Assembly (NCBI GenBank): GCA_043228905.1
Contig: JBHGNT010000001.1
Location: 36,394,001 to 36,458,000, forward strand
Length of the DNA stretch: 64,000 bases
Direction: 5' to 3'
DNA from: Azolla caroliniana
Lineage: Eukaryota > Plantae > Polypodiophyta
Shown: piece by piece, positions 51,671 through 64,000 of the stretch
How positions within the stretch are numbered: the first letter of the stretch is position 1
Layout of the letters: each line of letters starts with the position of its first letter
Notes under the pieces: generated by a model
What the model saw: the letters and a program-made list of their open reading frames with translations, nothing else
Databases searched by the model: none
What the model was told of the DNA's origin: nothing
Made by a program: the position numbers and the translations under genes

Positions 51671-53513
51671 CTTAAATGCTCTTCATTATATATTTCTATT
51701 CGGATGGAAAGCTAGACAAGTTGAAACAACATGGAAGTTCATGATACCACCATGTTAGATTCCAATGAACTTTTGGACAGTGTGCCAGTGCTAGATGTTG
51801 AGCTCATGGAAATGATAAATCTAAATGGCCTGACGTTGATGATAACACCATCACCGTGCATTTTCATGCATGGGTAAGGCATAATGCTGTTGATCTGCAC
51901 ACAATCATTGAAGGAGCAATTGATTTCGTTTTGCCATTAGTTCAATATATAATGAAGATGGTGGATGTCTAGAAAATTCTTTGCAATGACTTTGAGACCA
52001 ATAAAAAAACTGAGGTCCAATTTCTCTAGCATTAGTAGTCCTTTGAGTAGATGAGGGATGGTAAGAAGGCGGAAAAGTTAAATCACAAGGATAAAATGCC
52101 TTTGAGATCAGTTAGCAATACTTGAGGTGATGAAGACAGTCATTACTTTCGTGGGAAGATGATGAATAAACAGATAGAATGGAATTCCAGATTGTAGACA
52201 ATTATAGTTGGATGATGTGAGCGTGCTTTTTCAAGAAAATGGCCGAAGAACATGGAAAGTCTAGAAAGTGGCATAGGATGGTGTAGAAGTAACAATTCTT
52301 GAAGGCAAAGTCTTTTTGAACTGATCAAGGAGGAGAGTTTCTTTCAAATCAATTTGAGGAGTCTGTATCAACTGAAGGAATTTGGGGGTAGTTAAGTGCA
52401 CTGTATATCCCACAACAGGAATGGAGTACCCAAACATTGGAATCAAGCCGGAATGGAAATGTCCTTATTTATATTCAAAAGAACAGAACTGCATAACTGT
52501 TTCTACGTGCAGGAAGTATGTACTGCTGTCTACATACTTAAATTGAAATTTCAGGAAAGCTGTGGTGCGTATGACTCTGCTAGAAGCTTATTTAACTATA
52601 AAACCTTTTGCCACACGTGTTTGGAAATTCAGTTCGTCAAATACAATTCAGAGTCGAAGTCGTACAGATTCTATTATTCAACTATAAGAAAGGTGACATG
52701 TAGCTGAGACTGGAATTCTTAGACAAATTATTTGACTGAGGACCCAATGAGCCTTGAACACTTAGATGTAGCCGGATATGGAATGCTAATCATTGAGTGG
52801 GTAGATAGATTCCAAGAGTCTAGACAGATTCATTGAACAACTAACAACTTCTATGAACATTGTGAATGTGTTTACTTGGTCCTTTCACGTAGTGCTAGTT
52901 TGAATTTCATTGTCAAATTTCTTTAAGTTGTCTAGTTGAAAGTATTAATCATCTTATTCTAGAAGCCATTACCAATATGAGAACCACCTACCTTCAACCC
53001 ATACATTGCCGATTAGTAAATTGCTTGATCCTCTTGGATTCTGCGTCCTCCATTAACTTTGTCATTCCCCCTTTTTCAAAGTTGAATCAGAGAGTTGTTG
53101 AGTTTCGGATAGATGAATCTTCCTATCTTCACAAAAAATCAGATTTCTATCAACCTCAACTTGATGACTCGTGTAGTACATCTTCTAATGTTTGGTGTTA
53201 TTACACTATATGCATCGACGGGTGAAGTTTTCTTTTTTTCCTGCCTTAGGCTTTTATGGACTTAAGCTTTCAGCTTTTTCTAACTTGGCGAATCTCAATG
53301 GAAAATCCCTCACGCTTTTGATTAATTCCTCAAGTAGTAATTATAGTTCTTTTCGTTTTTCTTCTCTCCCTCACGCATTTGATTCTTGTGTGAAATATCT
53401 GCAAGGAAATTCTTTGTCCATGTGCATGTTTATAGATTGTGGATGTGCTTATGTTCTTTCAACTTTGTGTAATCAACTGAAAGGTAAAGAATGAATGGAG
53501 CATACAAGTAAGT

Positions 53514-54261
53514 GTGCTTTTGCTCTACTCGTTAAAGTTCTTGGAATAATATGATATGTTCTCCTAGGGAATTGATCATAATCTCTATGCCACGATCATC
53601 TTATGGTAGAAGGGAGTGCATATGTCGTTGCAATTAGTTAGACAAGGAAAGACAATTTTAGTAGAGGGCTGACAAGAGTATTGCTGATCAAACGTCCACT
53701 CAAATTTTATTTCTATCAAAAAGGGCAAGGTGGCAAATGTTCAACCCCACAAATGTCAAAGTCAAGTCGTTTTATATTAGCTAACAAATCTACACATTTA
53801 TTTCTTTGATTTTTCATCTAGTGTGAAAGAGCTAGACTTTTTTACTAGTCACAAAGGTGGTAGTTTGATGATAGATGATACCAAAGGGTGCTTTTGCTCT
53901 ACTCGTTAAAGTTCTTGGAATAATATGATATGTTCTCCTAGGGAATTGATCATAATCTCTATGCCACGATCATCTTATGGTAGAAGGGAGTGCATATGTC
54001 GTTGCAATTAGTTAGACAAGGAAAGACAATTTTAGTAGAGGGCTGACAAGAGTATTGCTGATCAAACGTCCACACAAATTTTATTTCTATCAAAAAGGGC
54101 AAGGTGGCAAATGTTCAACCCCACAAATGTCAAAGTCAAGTCGTTTTATATTAGCTAACAAATCTACACATTTATTTCTTTGATTTTTCATCTAGTGTGA
54201 AAGAGCTAGACTTTTTTACTAGTCACAAAGGTGGTAGTTTGATGATAGATGATACCAAAGG
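53514..54261. repeat. Near-perfect 374-bp tandem duplication
   Basis: 53514-53887 and 53888-54261 read identically except for one substitution noticed (CCACTC vs CCACAC). Confidence 0.95.
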
Positions 54262-54832
54262 TATAATTCAACAATTCCAAAATCATAAGGGGTAGCCTTG
54301 ATATTACGCAAAACATGGGGTTATTACCTGTGATTTCCCTTATGTGATTAAATGTAGGTAAAATCATTGTTATACCATTACCTTTGCCAATTTACTCCCA
54401 TATACATATATATGCTGGTGTTTTCAAACATTACCAAAACAAGCGGAATAATTTCTTGATTAAGTAGCAATTCATAAGTTGATTAAATAATTCATGATCA
54501 ATAATCTAAATAATTATGCAGCAGACTAATTAGTGATGAGTTGGTAAACTTCCATTAGAAAACAAAATGTAATTAGAACCAAATTAATGTCTGATTAGGC
54601 CTAGTTAATTTTGAAGGGTCTTTTGGTACATTTTAGAAACTGAAAGCCAGGTGCAAAAGGTAAGGGTACTTTTTCTCATTCTTGGCTATGGTGAAACGAT
54701 CTCGATACTAAGGTAAGAATCCGATTATCTCACAGTCCTTTTTCGTTTTAAAATCCTAGAAGCAAGTTTTCTTTTTTGGGGTTAAATAAGGAGAAGGAGG
54801 CTTCCGTATAGGAAAAAAAACATGAGCAAAAG

Positions 54833-56856
54833 ATGGACAAGGAGAGCTTTCATCACAATTATCGTGCATTCATTGCCTTATTCAAGGTTTGTGCAAAGAA
54901 AAAAGACCTTCAACAAGGCATTAAATTACATGCCGAAATTTCGAAACAAGTTATACTCGAAAATAACCCATACCTAGTTAGTGCTTTGATCAATATGTAT
55001 GCAAAATGTGGTGCCTTTCAAAAGCAAAACAAGTACTCGAAGACTTACCAACTCGAAATTCTGTCTCTTGGAATGCCCTTATTTCTGGATATGCACAACA
55101 AGGGCATGGTCAAGAAGCATTGGATTGTTTTGGAAAGATGCAACTAGAGGGCATTTCACCCGATGCATTCACTTTTACCTCTATCTTGAAAGTTTGTGGT
55201 AGCATAGTTGCTGTTGAAGAAGGACAAATAATCCACAACGAGATTGTGGGTAGAGGCTTGTTAAAAAAGGATGTTGTGCTTGGCACTGCCCTGGTAGATA
55301 TGTATGCCAAATGTGGTTTGCTCAGAAAAGCACAACTCGTACTCGACGAACTTCCTGAGAGAAACGTATTCTCTTGGTCTTCACTAATTATAGGGTATGT
55401 CGAACAAGGTCAAGGTCACAAAGCATTGAATTGTTTTGAGCAGATGCAAAGTGAGGGACTCACTCCAGATTCAGTAACATTTATTTGTGTCTTGAAGGCA
55501 TGTGGGCAAATAGGAGCTTCAGAGAAGGGTGGAGAAATCCATGAAGAGGTTTTGGATAGAGGCATATTGGAGAAGGATATTGTGCTTGGTAATGCTTTGG
55601 TGGATATGTATGTGAAATGCGGTTTACTTGCGAAAGCACTGAGGGTGCTTCAAGAGCTTCTGGTTCGAGATGTAGTTTCTTGGAACACATTAATTGTGGC
55701 ATATGCTCACTTAGGGGAAGGTCAGGAAGCATTGACCTGCTTTGATCAAATGCAAAGGGAGGGGCTATCTCCAGACACGGTCACCTTTCCTTCCATCTTA
55801 AAGGCTTGTGGTATCGTAGGTGCCATTGATAAGGGCAAACAAATACATTTAGATATTATGCATAAGGGATTTCTGAATAAAGATGCTGCACTTGGAAATG
55901 CTTTGGTGGATATGTATGCCAAATGTAATATGTTTGGAGAGGCATGGAAGCTGCTGGAAGAGCTTCCTTGCCAAAATATCGTTGCTTGGAATGCCTTGAT
56001 CTCAGTATATGTTGAACAAGGGCAAGGTCATGAAGCACTCAAATGCTATCAAAAAATAGAGAGAGAGGGGATCTCTCCAGATATAGTCATGTTTACGTGC
56101 CTCCTGAAGGCATGTGGCAACACAGGAGCCATAGACAAAGGCAAAGAAATTCATGGAGAGATTGTGAGTAGGGGTTTTCTAGAAAAAGACATTGTTCTTG
56201 GAACTACTTTGGTGGATATGTATGCCAAATGCGGCATGCTTGAAAAAGCACAAGAAGTGTTAGAGGATCTTAGTATATGAGATGTGGTCTGTTGGTCAGT
56301 ATTGATAGCAGGATATGCTCGAAAGGGGAAGGGCTTAGAATCGTTGACATGTTTTAAAAGGATGCAAAGCGAAGGTCTTTCTCCGGATGAAGTCACACTC
56401 TTATGTGTTTTGAGTGCATGTTGTCATGCAGGTCTGTTGGATGAGATTCAAATGCTACACAGGGATATGGTAAAGAAATATGGTGTTACTCCAAATGTAG
56501 AACATCATGCTTGCATGGTTATGGTTTATGGATATGCAGGAGATCTTGACAAGGCAGTGTCAGTGATTAAAGTGATGCCATCTTGTTATCAGTCTCCACT
56601 TTGGCTTGTACTGTTGGGTGCTTGTAGAAAATGGGAAAATGTAAAGCTTGGGAGGTTAGCTTTTATTAAGATTATAGAGTTAGATAATGACTGTGCTGCA
56701 GCTTATTTCCTCATGGCTAGTATTTATACAGCTGCTGGAATGCATACAGCTGCAGAAAATGTTAAATCCATGAGATCAACAGCTGTTTCTCAGGATAAAC
56801 AAAGGAATATTGTGCGGCTTGATGCAAATGGAAATATTCTTCTGTTGTCTATTTGA
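54833..56856 (+). pseudogene. PLS-class PPR gene with E domain, disrupted
   Basis: Repeated P-L-S triplets (KDVVLGTALVDMYAKCG / WNALISGY / PDAFTF) and an E domain WLVLLGACR...AAYFLMASIY. Frameshift near 55015 and TGA at 56278-56280. Confidence 0.9.
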
Positions 56857-58706
56857 GATGCCAACCATTGCTGACATTAAGACATGCTCAAAACTCAAAA
56901 AATTGTCCATTTGCCCTCATCGGTACATATGAGAGGGAAACTTTACATGATTTGAATGAAATGGTATGTACAATAATCGTCTGTCATATTTAATGTTTCT
57001 TTTTAGATCTACTTACAACGTAGAAATATAATGAGTAGACAATGAAGTGTATGTCCAACATCTAGTGTCTTAATATGGTGTGGTTGAAACTCCCCTCTAC
57101 AGCAATTAAACACATTCAAGATGAGATTATTTGGGCAGTTTGTACACATAAATGCTTAATTACGTGGTTTCCTGAGCAGGGCAGGTGCACCGCTGTTTAT
57201 ATTCAACATATTGCAAGAGAAAGATCCCAATGTAATGCCTGCTTATAATGGATTCGAAGTTTGAGCTCATCTACAGATGCATCAGTCTTGGGTTCCTGAT
57301 AAATGTTTGTGATGGTTCCTGGAGACGCAAATACTAGAACACATTAAGAACTGGAAGGAGCTTGTCTGACAAGGACTGAAAGACGTAGTAGAGAACTTGT
57401 GCATGACCTTTTATATACAGACATGCACACATATTTTTGATAAAATTGGAACAATACACATACATGTATATATCTAGCACATGAAAATGTGAAGAGCTCA
57501 AACCTCAAATGCTTAACACACAGAAAGTTATATGCTCATATGGTGTTTTTGAGCTTTTGTCCAGCACCCAAATACATGATGTGGTTTTGGTTGAAAACAT
57601 GCTGAAATGCTTACTAAGCATTTTAATTTTCTTAATGTTTGTGAGCTCAATATTGCACGTGCCTTGGCTAATTTTGAGGTGATCTTTTAGAGCTGCTGAC
57701 TCCAAAGTATATATAGCACACATATATACTCAAGGTCCCAACTGCACACCATGTTTGACAGATACAAACTTGTGTTCTCAGGTAGATCTCAAGTGATTGA
57801 ATTCAACCTCACTGCCATTGTAGGAGATCTGGACGAGCTGATGCAATGGAATGGCTCATCCTCATTCTACTTGACCTGCCCTCTATACACCATGATACTC
57901 TAGATGCTTAGGTAACCTATATCTGGGTATCTGGGTTCCATATCTATGCCTCCATGGACTCTCGACAAAGAGCATGCTTTGGTAAATCTTAATTGTTGTA
58001 AATTGTTTTAGCAGTGCATTCTTTTACATTGACCCCCCATATCGCAAGCATCACACTCATAAGAACTTACAGAAAATGAGTAGTTTCTTTTTTGCTCTTA
58101 AGCTTAACAATTGTATCTAACCAGTGCCAATAAAGATTTCGGTCTTTTCAACAGCTTTTAATGCATAACTGCATGTTGGTACGATTTGATCAAATTGATG
58201 AAGTTAATGTCATATTCAATAAAGTTGTTGCCAATCGAACCAATGATGAAAAAAGATAACGCCACTCATATATTGAATTTAATTTCAAGTTCATGTAATC
58301 ATTAATTTACAATTATGGTGGCAGGCTAACTTCCAAGCTCAATGCTAGATTTATATATGACAAGGCATTTGTTTATTTCTGTTAGATTCTTCAATGAATT
58401 ACTATCTACCTATTTACTTGATAAGGCCAAATTTGTTCTTAGCATATTCAAGGGTATTGGATAACAACATAACTATAGACATAGGACTGATACCCCATGG
58501 GACAGTGTTACGGCAGAGGCTATATTAGAGACCTCTTTGAAGCAAACATCTCCCACCAGTTTATAGCCTTTCTTGGAATGTGGGAACACGGATTCAGTTG
58601 AAAGTGAGATATTTTCAAAGAAATGCATAGCAGAAAAATAGATAATGTGTAAAGTGCCTTTGTTTACATGGATGTAATTTAAACCAACATCGATAACGAG
58701 TACACC

Positions 58707-60503
58707 ATGCTTAATCCAGTCTCCACAAACAAGGTGAGGAATGCCAACTGCAGTAAAACCTACGTCCCTATCCCTATCTCTTGGACAGATTCCAGAGCAG
58801 CCTCTGCAGATGACAGTAATATGGTAGCTCTTCCAGCTACTCGCTTCAAACGAGAATTCTCCTTAAATCTGAAAGAACATTTATTAACCCACGCCAGGAA
58901 TAGAGCCTCACAACAGGTGCTAGATTATTATCAACGCTTGATCTCTTCTTCAAGTATAAAGCCTGATGAATATGTTTTAGTTGCTGCCATCAAAGCATGC
59001 GCATGTAAAGGAAACCTAATTCTAGGTAGGTACATTCATGTCGATATCATAGATGCAGGGCTTGAATCTCATGTGTATGTAGGAAGTGCACTTGTTAGTA
59101 TGTACGTGAAATGTGGTAGCCTTGATGATGGTGAAAAAGTCTTTGATGGGTTATCAAGATATGATGTTGTTTGTTGGAATGCATTGCTTTCAGGCTACGC
59201 CTATCATGGACATATGGAAAAGATGGTTCAATGCTTTGACAAAATGAACAAGTCTGATCAATTTCAGCCCAATTTGGCTACTCTGAATGCATTGATTGCT
59301 GGATATTGTCGAGATAAGCTCAGCCACAAGGCTTTGCAAGTGTTTACGCAAATGCAACAAGAAGGTAATTGGATGCCTGATGGCGTTACCTATGCAAGCC
59401 TTCTCAATGCATGTAATTGGATGGAAAAAGCACATGATCAAGGCAAGATGATTCATGTTTTTATCATAGAGTGTGGGTTTGAATCTGATGCCTTTATCGC
59501 GAATTCCCTTGTGAATTTGTATGTAAAATGTGAGGATTTCAAGCATGCAATTCATGTTTCCAAAAGAGTAGAAAAAATGGACTGTGTGACATGGAACGTT
59601 TTAATTGGAGGCTATGCAATGCATGGTCATATTCAGGAAGCCATTGAGGTTTTTAACAACATGCGTAAAGCGGGTATTTGTCCTGATCTTGTCACGTGGA
59701 ACTCTTTGCTAACAGGATGTGTACAACATGGCTATGGTCAGCAAGCTTTTATACTCTTTCAACAAATGCAGGAACAGGGTTCAAATTCCGATAAGGTCAC
59801 ATTTGTGAATGCCTTAAAAATATGCTCCTTACTAAGTTCTCTGGATCAGGGAAAAGTGATTCATGCTTGCCTTCTAGACACTGAAATGTGCTGTAATCTA
59901 TTTGTTTGCAATGCATTGATTGACATGTACGCTAAATGTGGGAGTTTAGATGATGCCTCTAGACATTTCCATGCCTTATCAAAGAGGGATCTAGTGTCTT
60001 GGAATACAATTATTGCATCATATGCCAGTTACAGACATCATATGATAGTATTTGAATGCTTCAGGGATATGCAAATAGATGGGTTTCAACCAGATGAGAT
60101 AACTTTCCTCTGTGTTCTATCTTCATGTACCCATATGGGATTTTCGGAAATGGGTTGTATGTATTTTATGTCCATGAGAGAATGTCTTGCCACATCTTGC
60201 AAGGTAGAGCACTATAACTGCATTGTGGACTTATTGGCTAGGAAAGGTTGTTTGAAAGAGGCCAAGTCCCTGCTTGGAATGATGCCATTTGAAGCAAATC
60301 TTCGAGCATGGACTTCTTTATTGAGTCATTGTAATACTTATGGTGAACTAAAATTAGGAAGGCATTGTTTTAATCAACTACTTTTGATCGATAACAAATA
60401 TGCCTCAAGTTATGAACTTATGTCAGCCTTGTATGCGCAGATGGGAATGTGGGAGGATGTGGTCCGAGTTCAAGAATTGAGAAGACGTGTCAATGCCTCA
60501 TAA
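58707..60503 (+). CDS. PLS-class PPR protein with E domain (598 aa), putative organellar RNA editing/processing factor; no DYW domain
   Basis: Uninterrupted ORF with SALVSMYVKCG, DVVCWNALLSGY, EHYNCIVDLLAR, WTSLLSHC and YELMSALYAQMG; N-terminal extension compatible with a transit peptide. Confidence 0.92.
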   Translation: MLNPVSTNKVRNANCSKTYVPIPISWTDSRAASADDSNMVALPATRFKREFSLNLKEHLLTHARNRASQQVLDYYQRLISSSSIKPDEYVLVAAIKACACKGNLILGRYIHVDIIDAGLESHVYVGSALVSMYVKCGSLDDGEKVFDGLSRYDVVCWNALLSGYAYHGHMEKMVQCFDKMNKSDQFQPNLATLNALIAGYCRDKLSHKALQVFTQMQQEGNWMPDGVTYASLLNACNWMEKAHDQGKMIHVFIIECGFESDAFIANSLVNLYVKCEDFKHAIHVSKRVEKMDCVTWNVLIGGYAMHGHIQEAIEVFNNMRKAGICPDLVTWNSLLTGCVQHGYGQQAFILFQQMQEQGSNSDKVTFVNALKICSLLSSLDQGKVIHACLLDTEMCCNLFVCNALIDMYAKCGSLDDASRHFHALSKRDLVSWNTIIASYASYRHHMIVFECFRDMQIDGFQPDEITFLCVLSSCTHMGFSEMGCMYFMSMRECLATSCKVEHYNCIVDLLARKGCLKEAKSLLGMMPFEANLRAWTSLLSHCNTYGELKLGRHCFNQLLLIDNKYASSYELMSALYAQMGMWEDVVRVQELRRRVNAS

Positions 60504-61292
60504 AGATTTTGTTGAATGTAAGATCTGGATACATTGTCTCATTTTCCTCTTGGTAGATCTTTGATGATATGATAAAGGTAGAGAGGATGAAGAAAATAAA
60601 TATAATAAACTGAAATAGTCTATCAGGACAACATGTTTTATGTCTGCATGTCCAATTTGGCAAGCACTTCATGAGGCTAAGCTATTATCAGTCATGTCCT
60701 CAAGTTTCTTAGAGAATTTCAAGGAACTCTTACAGATTTGATCACTTCACTTAGGACCAACCTTTCATCAAGAGAAGGCCTTGGTTATATGAAGAGGATC
60801 ATTCATTGAAGATGCATCATATTACTTGAGTTACAATGCTTGAATTATCATTCTTATGATGTATAGGATAGATGCTTTCATGTCGGGGCAGTTTTAAAAG
60901 GCCCTTAAAAAGAGATCGAACCTCCAGCATACTAATACATTCTTTGTCAGAAAGAGTTCGAATTTCAGGATTCTGCTTGAGGCCAAAATTTCAGAGAGAG
61001 ATTAGCATCTACTAGAGGCCGAAAATTCAGCCTTTGAGGAAATTCATGATTAGAAATATGGGTGAATTCATGTTATCCATATTGAAATAAAAATAAAAGT
61101 TCCATGATCATGATATTAATCCATTTGCTGAAATGGTTTTAGAGATGGTTGACAGTCATGAAGTGGGCATGAAATGCATAACTAATATGTATGGGTTGAG
61201 TAAGGGGCGATTGGACTTCGAATCCAAAGTTACTTGGTGCTGTAGATAAGGCTATAGTCAAGTTCAAAAATTGCTCATCTTTACAACAAATT

Positions 61293-61353
61293 ATTTTTCT
61301 TCAACGAATTTGACATGATATGATACCACAAGCAGACCACACTAGTTGGGCAA
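61293..61353 (+). repeat. 61-bp direct repeat, left copy
   Basis: ATTTTTCTTCAACGAATTTGACATGATATGATACCACAAGCAGACCACACTAGTTGGGCAA; second copy at 63179-63239 with one mismatch. Confidence 0.95.
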
Positions 61354-61414
61354 ATGATGTATCTTCTATTTTATTGCTATTGATAATTTGGAATCTGAAT
61401 GTGTCATGTTGCAG

Positions 61415-62730
61415 AAAGGAATGCTTTTATTTGACACAGCTCAATATGATGGAATCCTAAAGAAGTTGCATATGTTTAACTCTTCCTTAGCAACTGATGA
61501 GGTAGTACCATGCTTCATCACCTTCTATTTAATTGGAATGCAAGAGCTGAATGATTTTGGTGATGCGAATCACATATTGACAGGGAAAGAAAGAGTGCGT
61601 CCTCAGTGAATTAGAGCTTTTACAACTGCATACAACTATTTCAATTCTGCAGGATGAGTCTCATTACCATACCAGCAGTTTGAGAGATGAGGATATTACA
61701 CCAGTGTGGAAGATGCTTCTTTCATGGCCAGCATCTATGTTGTTCCCAGGTTCCCTTCCTGACTTCACTGTTATGATCATTTCTTTTGTTTAATAAATAA
61801 AGTATTTTATAGTACTTCAAAATATAACTATCTGAATCAGAAAGCTAAATCAATCATGACAATGACTTACTACTAGAGTTTCGATGAACAGATCTTGATA
61901 TTTTAAGAATCACTCTTTTGCATCCTTAAGGCACAACGTTATCTGCACAATATGCACATTCTGGGAAAGGTGAGTACTGTCTAGATATATTGAAAACGTT
62001 TGAGAGTGGCTAGAGTGAGTTTTTTATATGTGAATTGTTGGAGTTCTTTAAAGTTTCACAATTCTGCAGACATTATCATGGAGTCTCTAAAGAAAGCAGC
62101 TGCATTGCCTGCTATTGATGCAAATAAATTGATGTAAATACGCATTGCTGTTAACTGTTTCAGGCATTCTGCTCTTAAACAATGGATTTCATCCAACCGA
62201 AGTGAGGTTTGTCTTACTCATAGGCTCAAGTTCTCTCAGCTGCCTTGGAGGTAAGGCTTTCTTAAATTTTCGCAGTTGTGTTTATTTTGCTAGAACAAAG
62301 CTAATGTTAGGATAATATTTTTCCATACATGGCTGGGCCTGATGAGCAAGATCCAACATGCAGATACAGGGCTCTTGTTACTCTTAAGGTCTCTTGTAAG
62401 TTTCTCCTTGGTATTTTTTAATGTCAGGAACTATTGCTTTCTTGAAGATAAATGACAAATGGTTTTTGTTCATTCTTTCTTACAATATTAATGGGCTATT
62501 TACAATTTGTTTTATATTTCGTTTTAATTGCTTCCAATACTAGAGGATATAATGTTTATATCAGTTACACAAACTACTCTTTTTTTATTTTGCAGATCAT
62601 GGATGGGCTGATGAAGAATATTGCTGTGGATTTAGATGTTGGAACCATAGCTAATTTTGCAGCTCTTTCAGCTGATTCAAACATTTCTAAAGTAGATAAA
62701 GAAATTCAATATATTCTGGAGTCCAGTTAG
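61415..62730 (+). pseudogene. PLAA: PLAA/Doa1/Ufd3 C-terminal PUL-domain fragment with introns, disrupted
   Basis: Exons KGMLLFDTAQYDGILKKL (61415-61501), ILQDESHYHTSS...SWPASMLFP (61584-61749), LDILRITLLHP* (61892-61969), one at 62070-62206 with TAA, AQVLSAALE (62224-62250), YRALVTL, and a last exon at 62596-62730. No WD40 or PFU exons upstream. Confidence 0.85.
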
Positions 62731-63178
62731 ATTTCCGGCAAGTTTTACAATGATAATGAAAGGTGGGGATTGCATCATCTTTTTAAGCACGTGATTAAAC
62801 CAGAGACTTCAGATGAATTATAGTTCTGAGACTAGTGATTGAGCTCACACACCAGTGGGGATTGGTAAATATTTTTCCATTTATTTTCTGGCTTTGTAAA
62901 ATCCAAATGCTGGAAAACAAGAGTTGGTCTTATTTGCTAAACAATCCTCTAATGGAGAAGCACCACCTGCAAATAGCTGACAAGCCAGCAGCTTTTGTAA
63001 TGGAGACATCATTGAAGAGTAAAATGTCACTCATTATTCATTCAAAAATAGTTCTGCTAATTGATAATGTGCTCTCTACTGACTTTTATAACCTTAATAA
63101 AAGGCCTATGTCTTGTAATATAGAAGACCCAAACCAATAATTTGTTGTAAAGATGTGGAAGGTTGTTCAAAGATCATC

Positions 63179-63239
63179 ATTTTTCTTCAACGAATTTGAC
63201 ATGATATGATACCACAAGCAGACCACACTACTTGGGCAA
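63179..63239 (+). repeat. 61-bp direct repeat, right copy
   Basis: Matches 61293-61353 with one G/C mismatch. Confidence 0.95.
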
Positions 63240-64000
63240 CTCCCTCAAAGGGGGAAAGATGTCTTGCTTTTCCGCTTAGCTATTACCTATGTAGACTCCA
63301 AGACGCTTTCAAGGATGGGAGAAATGTTTCGAAGTGGGACATTGTAGCCTCTGGTAGGAACACATGAACACAGTGCCGTTACAAGGTGTAGAATGTACTG
63401 GTCTGTAAAGCATATGTGCACTACTAATACAGGCGATGCAGTTCAGGGTATCAATGAAGGGTCGGAGTCTAAGATCTAGATCATGACAGTTCTTCTACCA
63501 AGTGCTGGATAAGCTTCGCCCTTGCCCTAGGTGAGCCACCTTAATAATACAGCAATCTTATTCTAGCACTTTGAGTATCTTACAGAAATGCAATTGAGTA
63601 TCTAATACTAGTTAGGCTCTACTCACATAATCTTGAAACCAAGGAATGTAAGTGTGCTCTACTGAAATATATTTGAGATCAAGAAAGATGGAAGTGTTCT
63701 TTTCTTATATACTTCGATCATTTAAGGTAGATTAAGCACACCTTTAGTCTGTTAGAGACCCTAATCAAGGTCGAATCAGAGGGGTTTAAATGTAAATGGT
63801 ATCAAATATATAGATTAGATTCAATGCCCAAAATATGTAGCCTAATAAGCAATATAAATTATATTTCGTTCAGGTTCTCAGAGACATGAATATATTGACT
63901 CTTTCTTTCTTTCTTTACAAAATACACATTCGTTTATAATAAAGAAGCAAAGAATAAACCCATAATCAAGTCAGGCCTCACTGATAAGTGTGAAAATATG

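Noticed and set aside
61310-61350. Minus-strand VCLWYHIMSNSLKK as a MULE transposase CxxH motif in the host sequence
   Set aside because: Too short and imperfect to support without a profile search.
9111-61929. Premature stops at positions where CAA/CAG/CGA would fit (U2AF65 9111, protease 37725, PPR 56278, PLAA 61927), suggesting repair by fern-type U-to-C editing
   Set aside because: U-to-C editing is known for organellar transcripts. These are nuclear loci that also have frameshifts or deletions, and C-to-T decay explains the stops.

Overview
AT-rich, gene-dense nuclear DNA from a land plant. A fern is my inference from the style of the PLS-PPR genes and LINEs, not something the sequence proves. 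Apparently intact genes: an intronless DnaJ/DUF3444-type protein (1937-5128), an HD-Zip class I transcription factor with a candidate conserved-peptide uORF (25.0-27.5 kb), a membrane-anchored ubiquitin-fold (MUB) gene, an HMA-domain gene, the NatC catalytic subunit MAK3/NAA30 with an unusual 78-aa His-rich tail, and a PLS-E PPR gene. Broken gene copies are unusually frequent: U2AF65, an A1 aspartic protease, a sugar-transporter fragment, SirB chelatase, two PPRs and the PUL domain of PLAA/Doa1. Several retain introns, and two are bracketed by long direct repeats with templated filler, which suggests DNA-level capture at breaks. Mobile elements include a LINE with a 5' inversion (twin-priming geometry), a second 5'-truncated LINE directly behind it, and one clear and one possible solo LTR. 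I found no tRNA, rRNA or CRISPR features. All homology calls come from motif recognition, and no database search was run.
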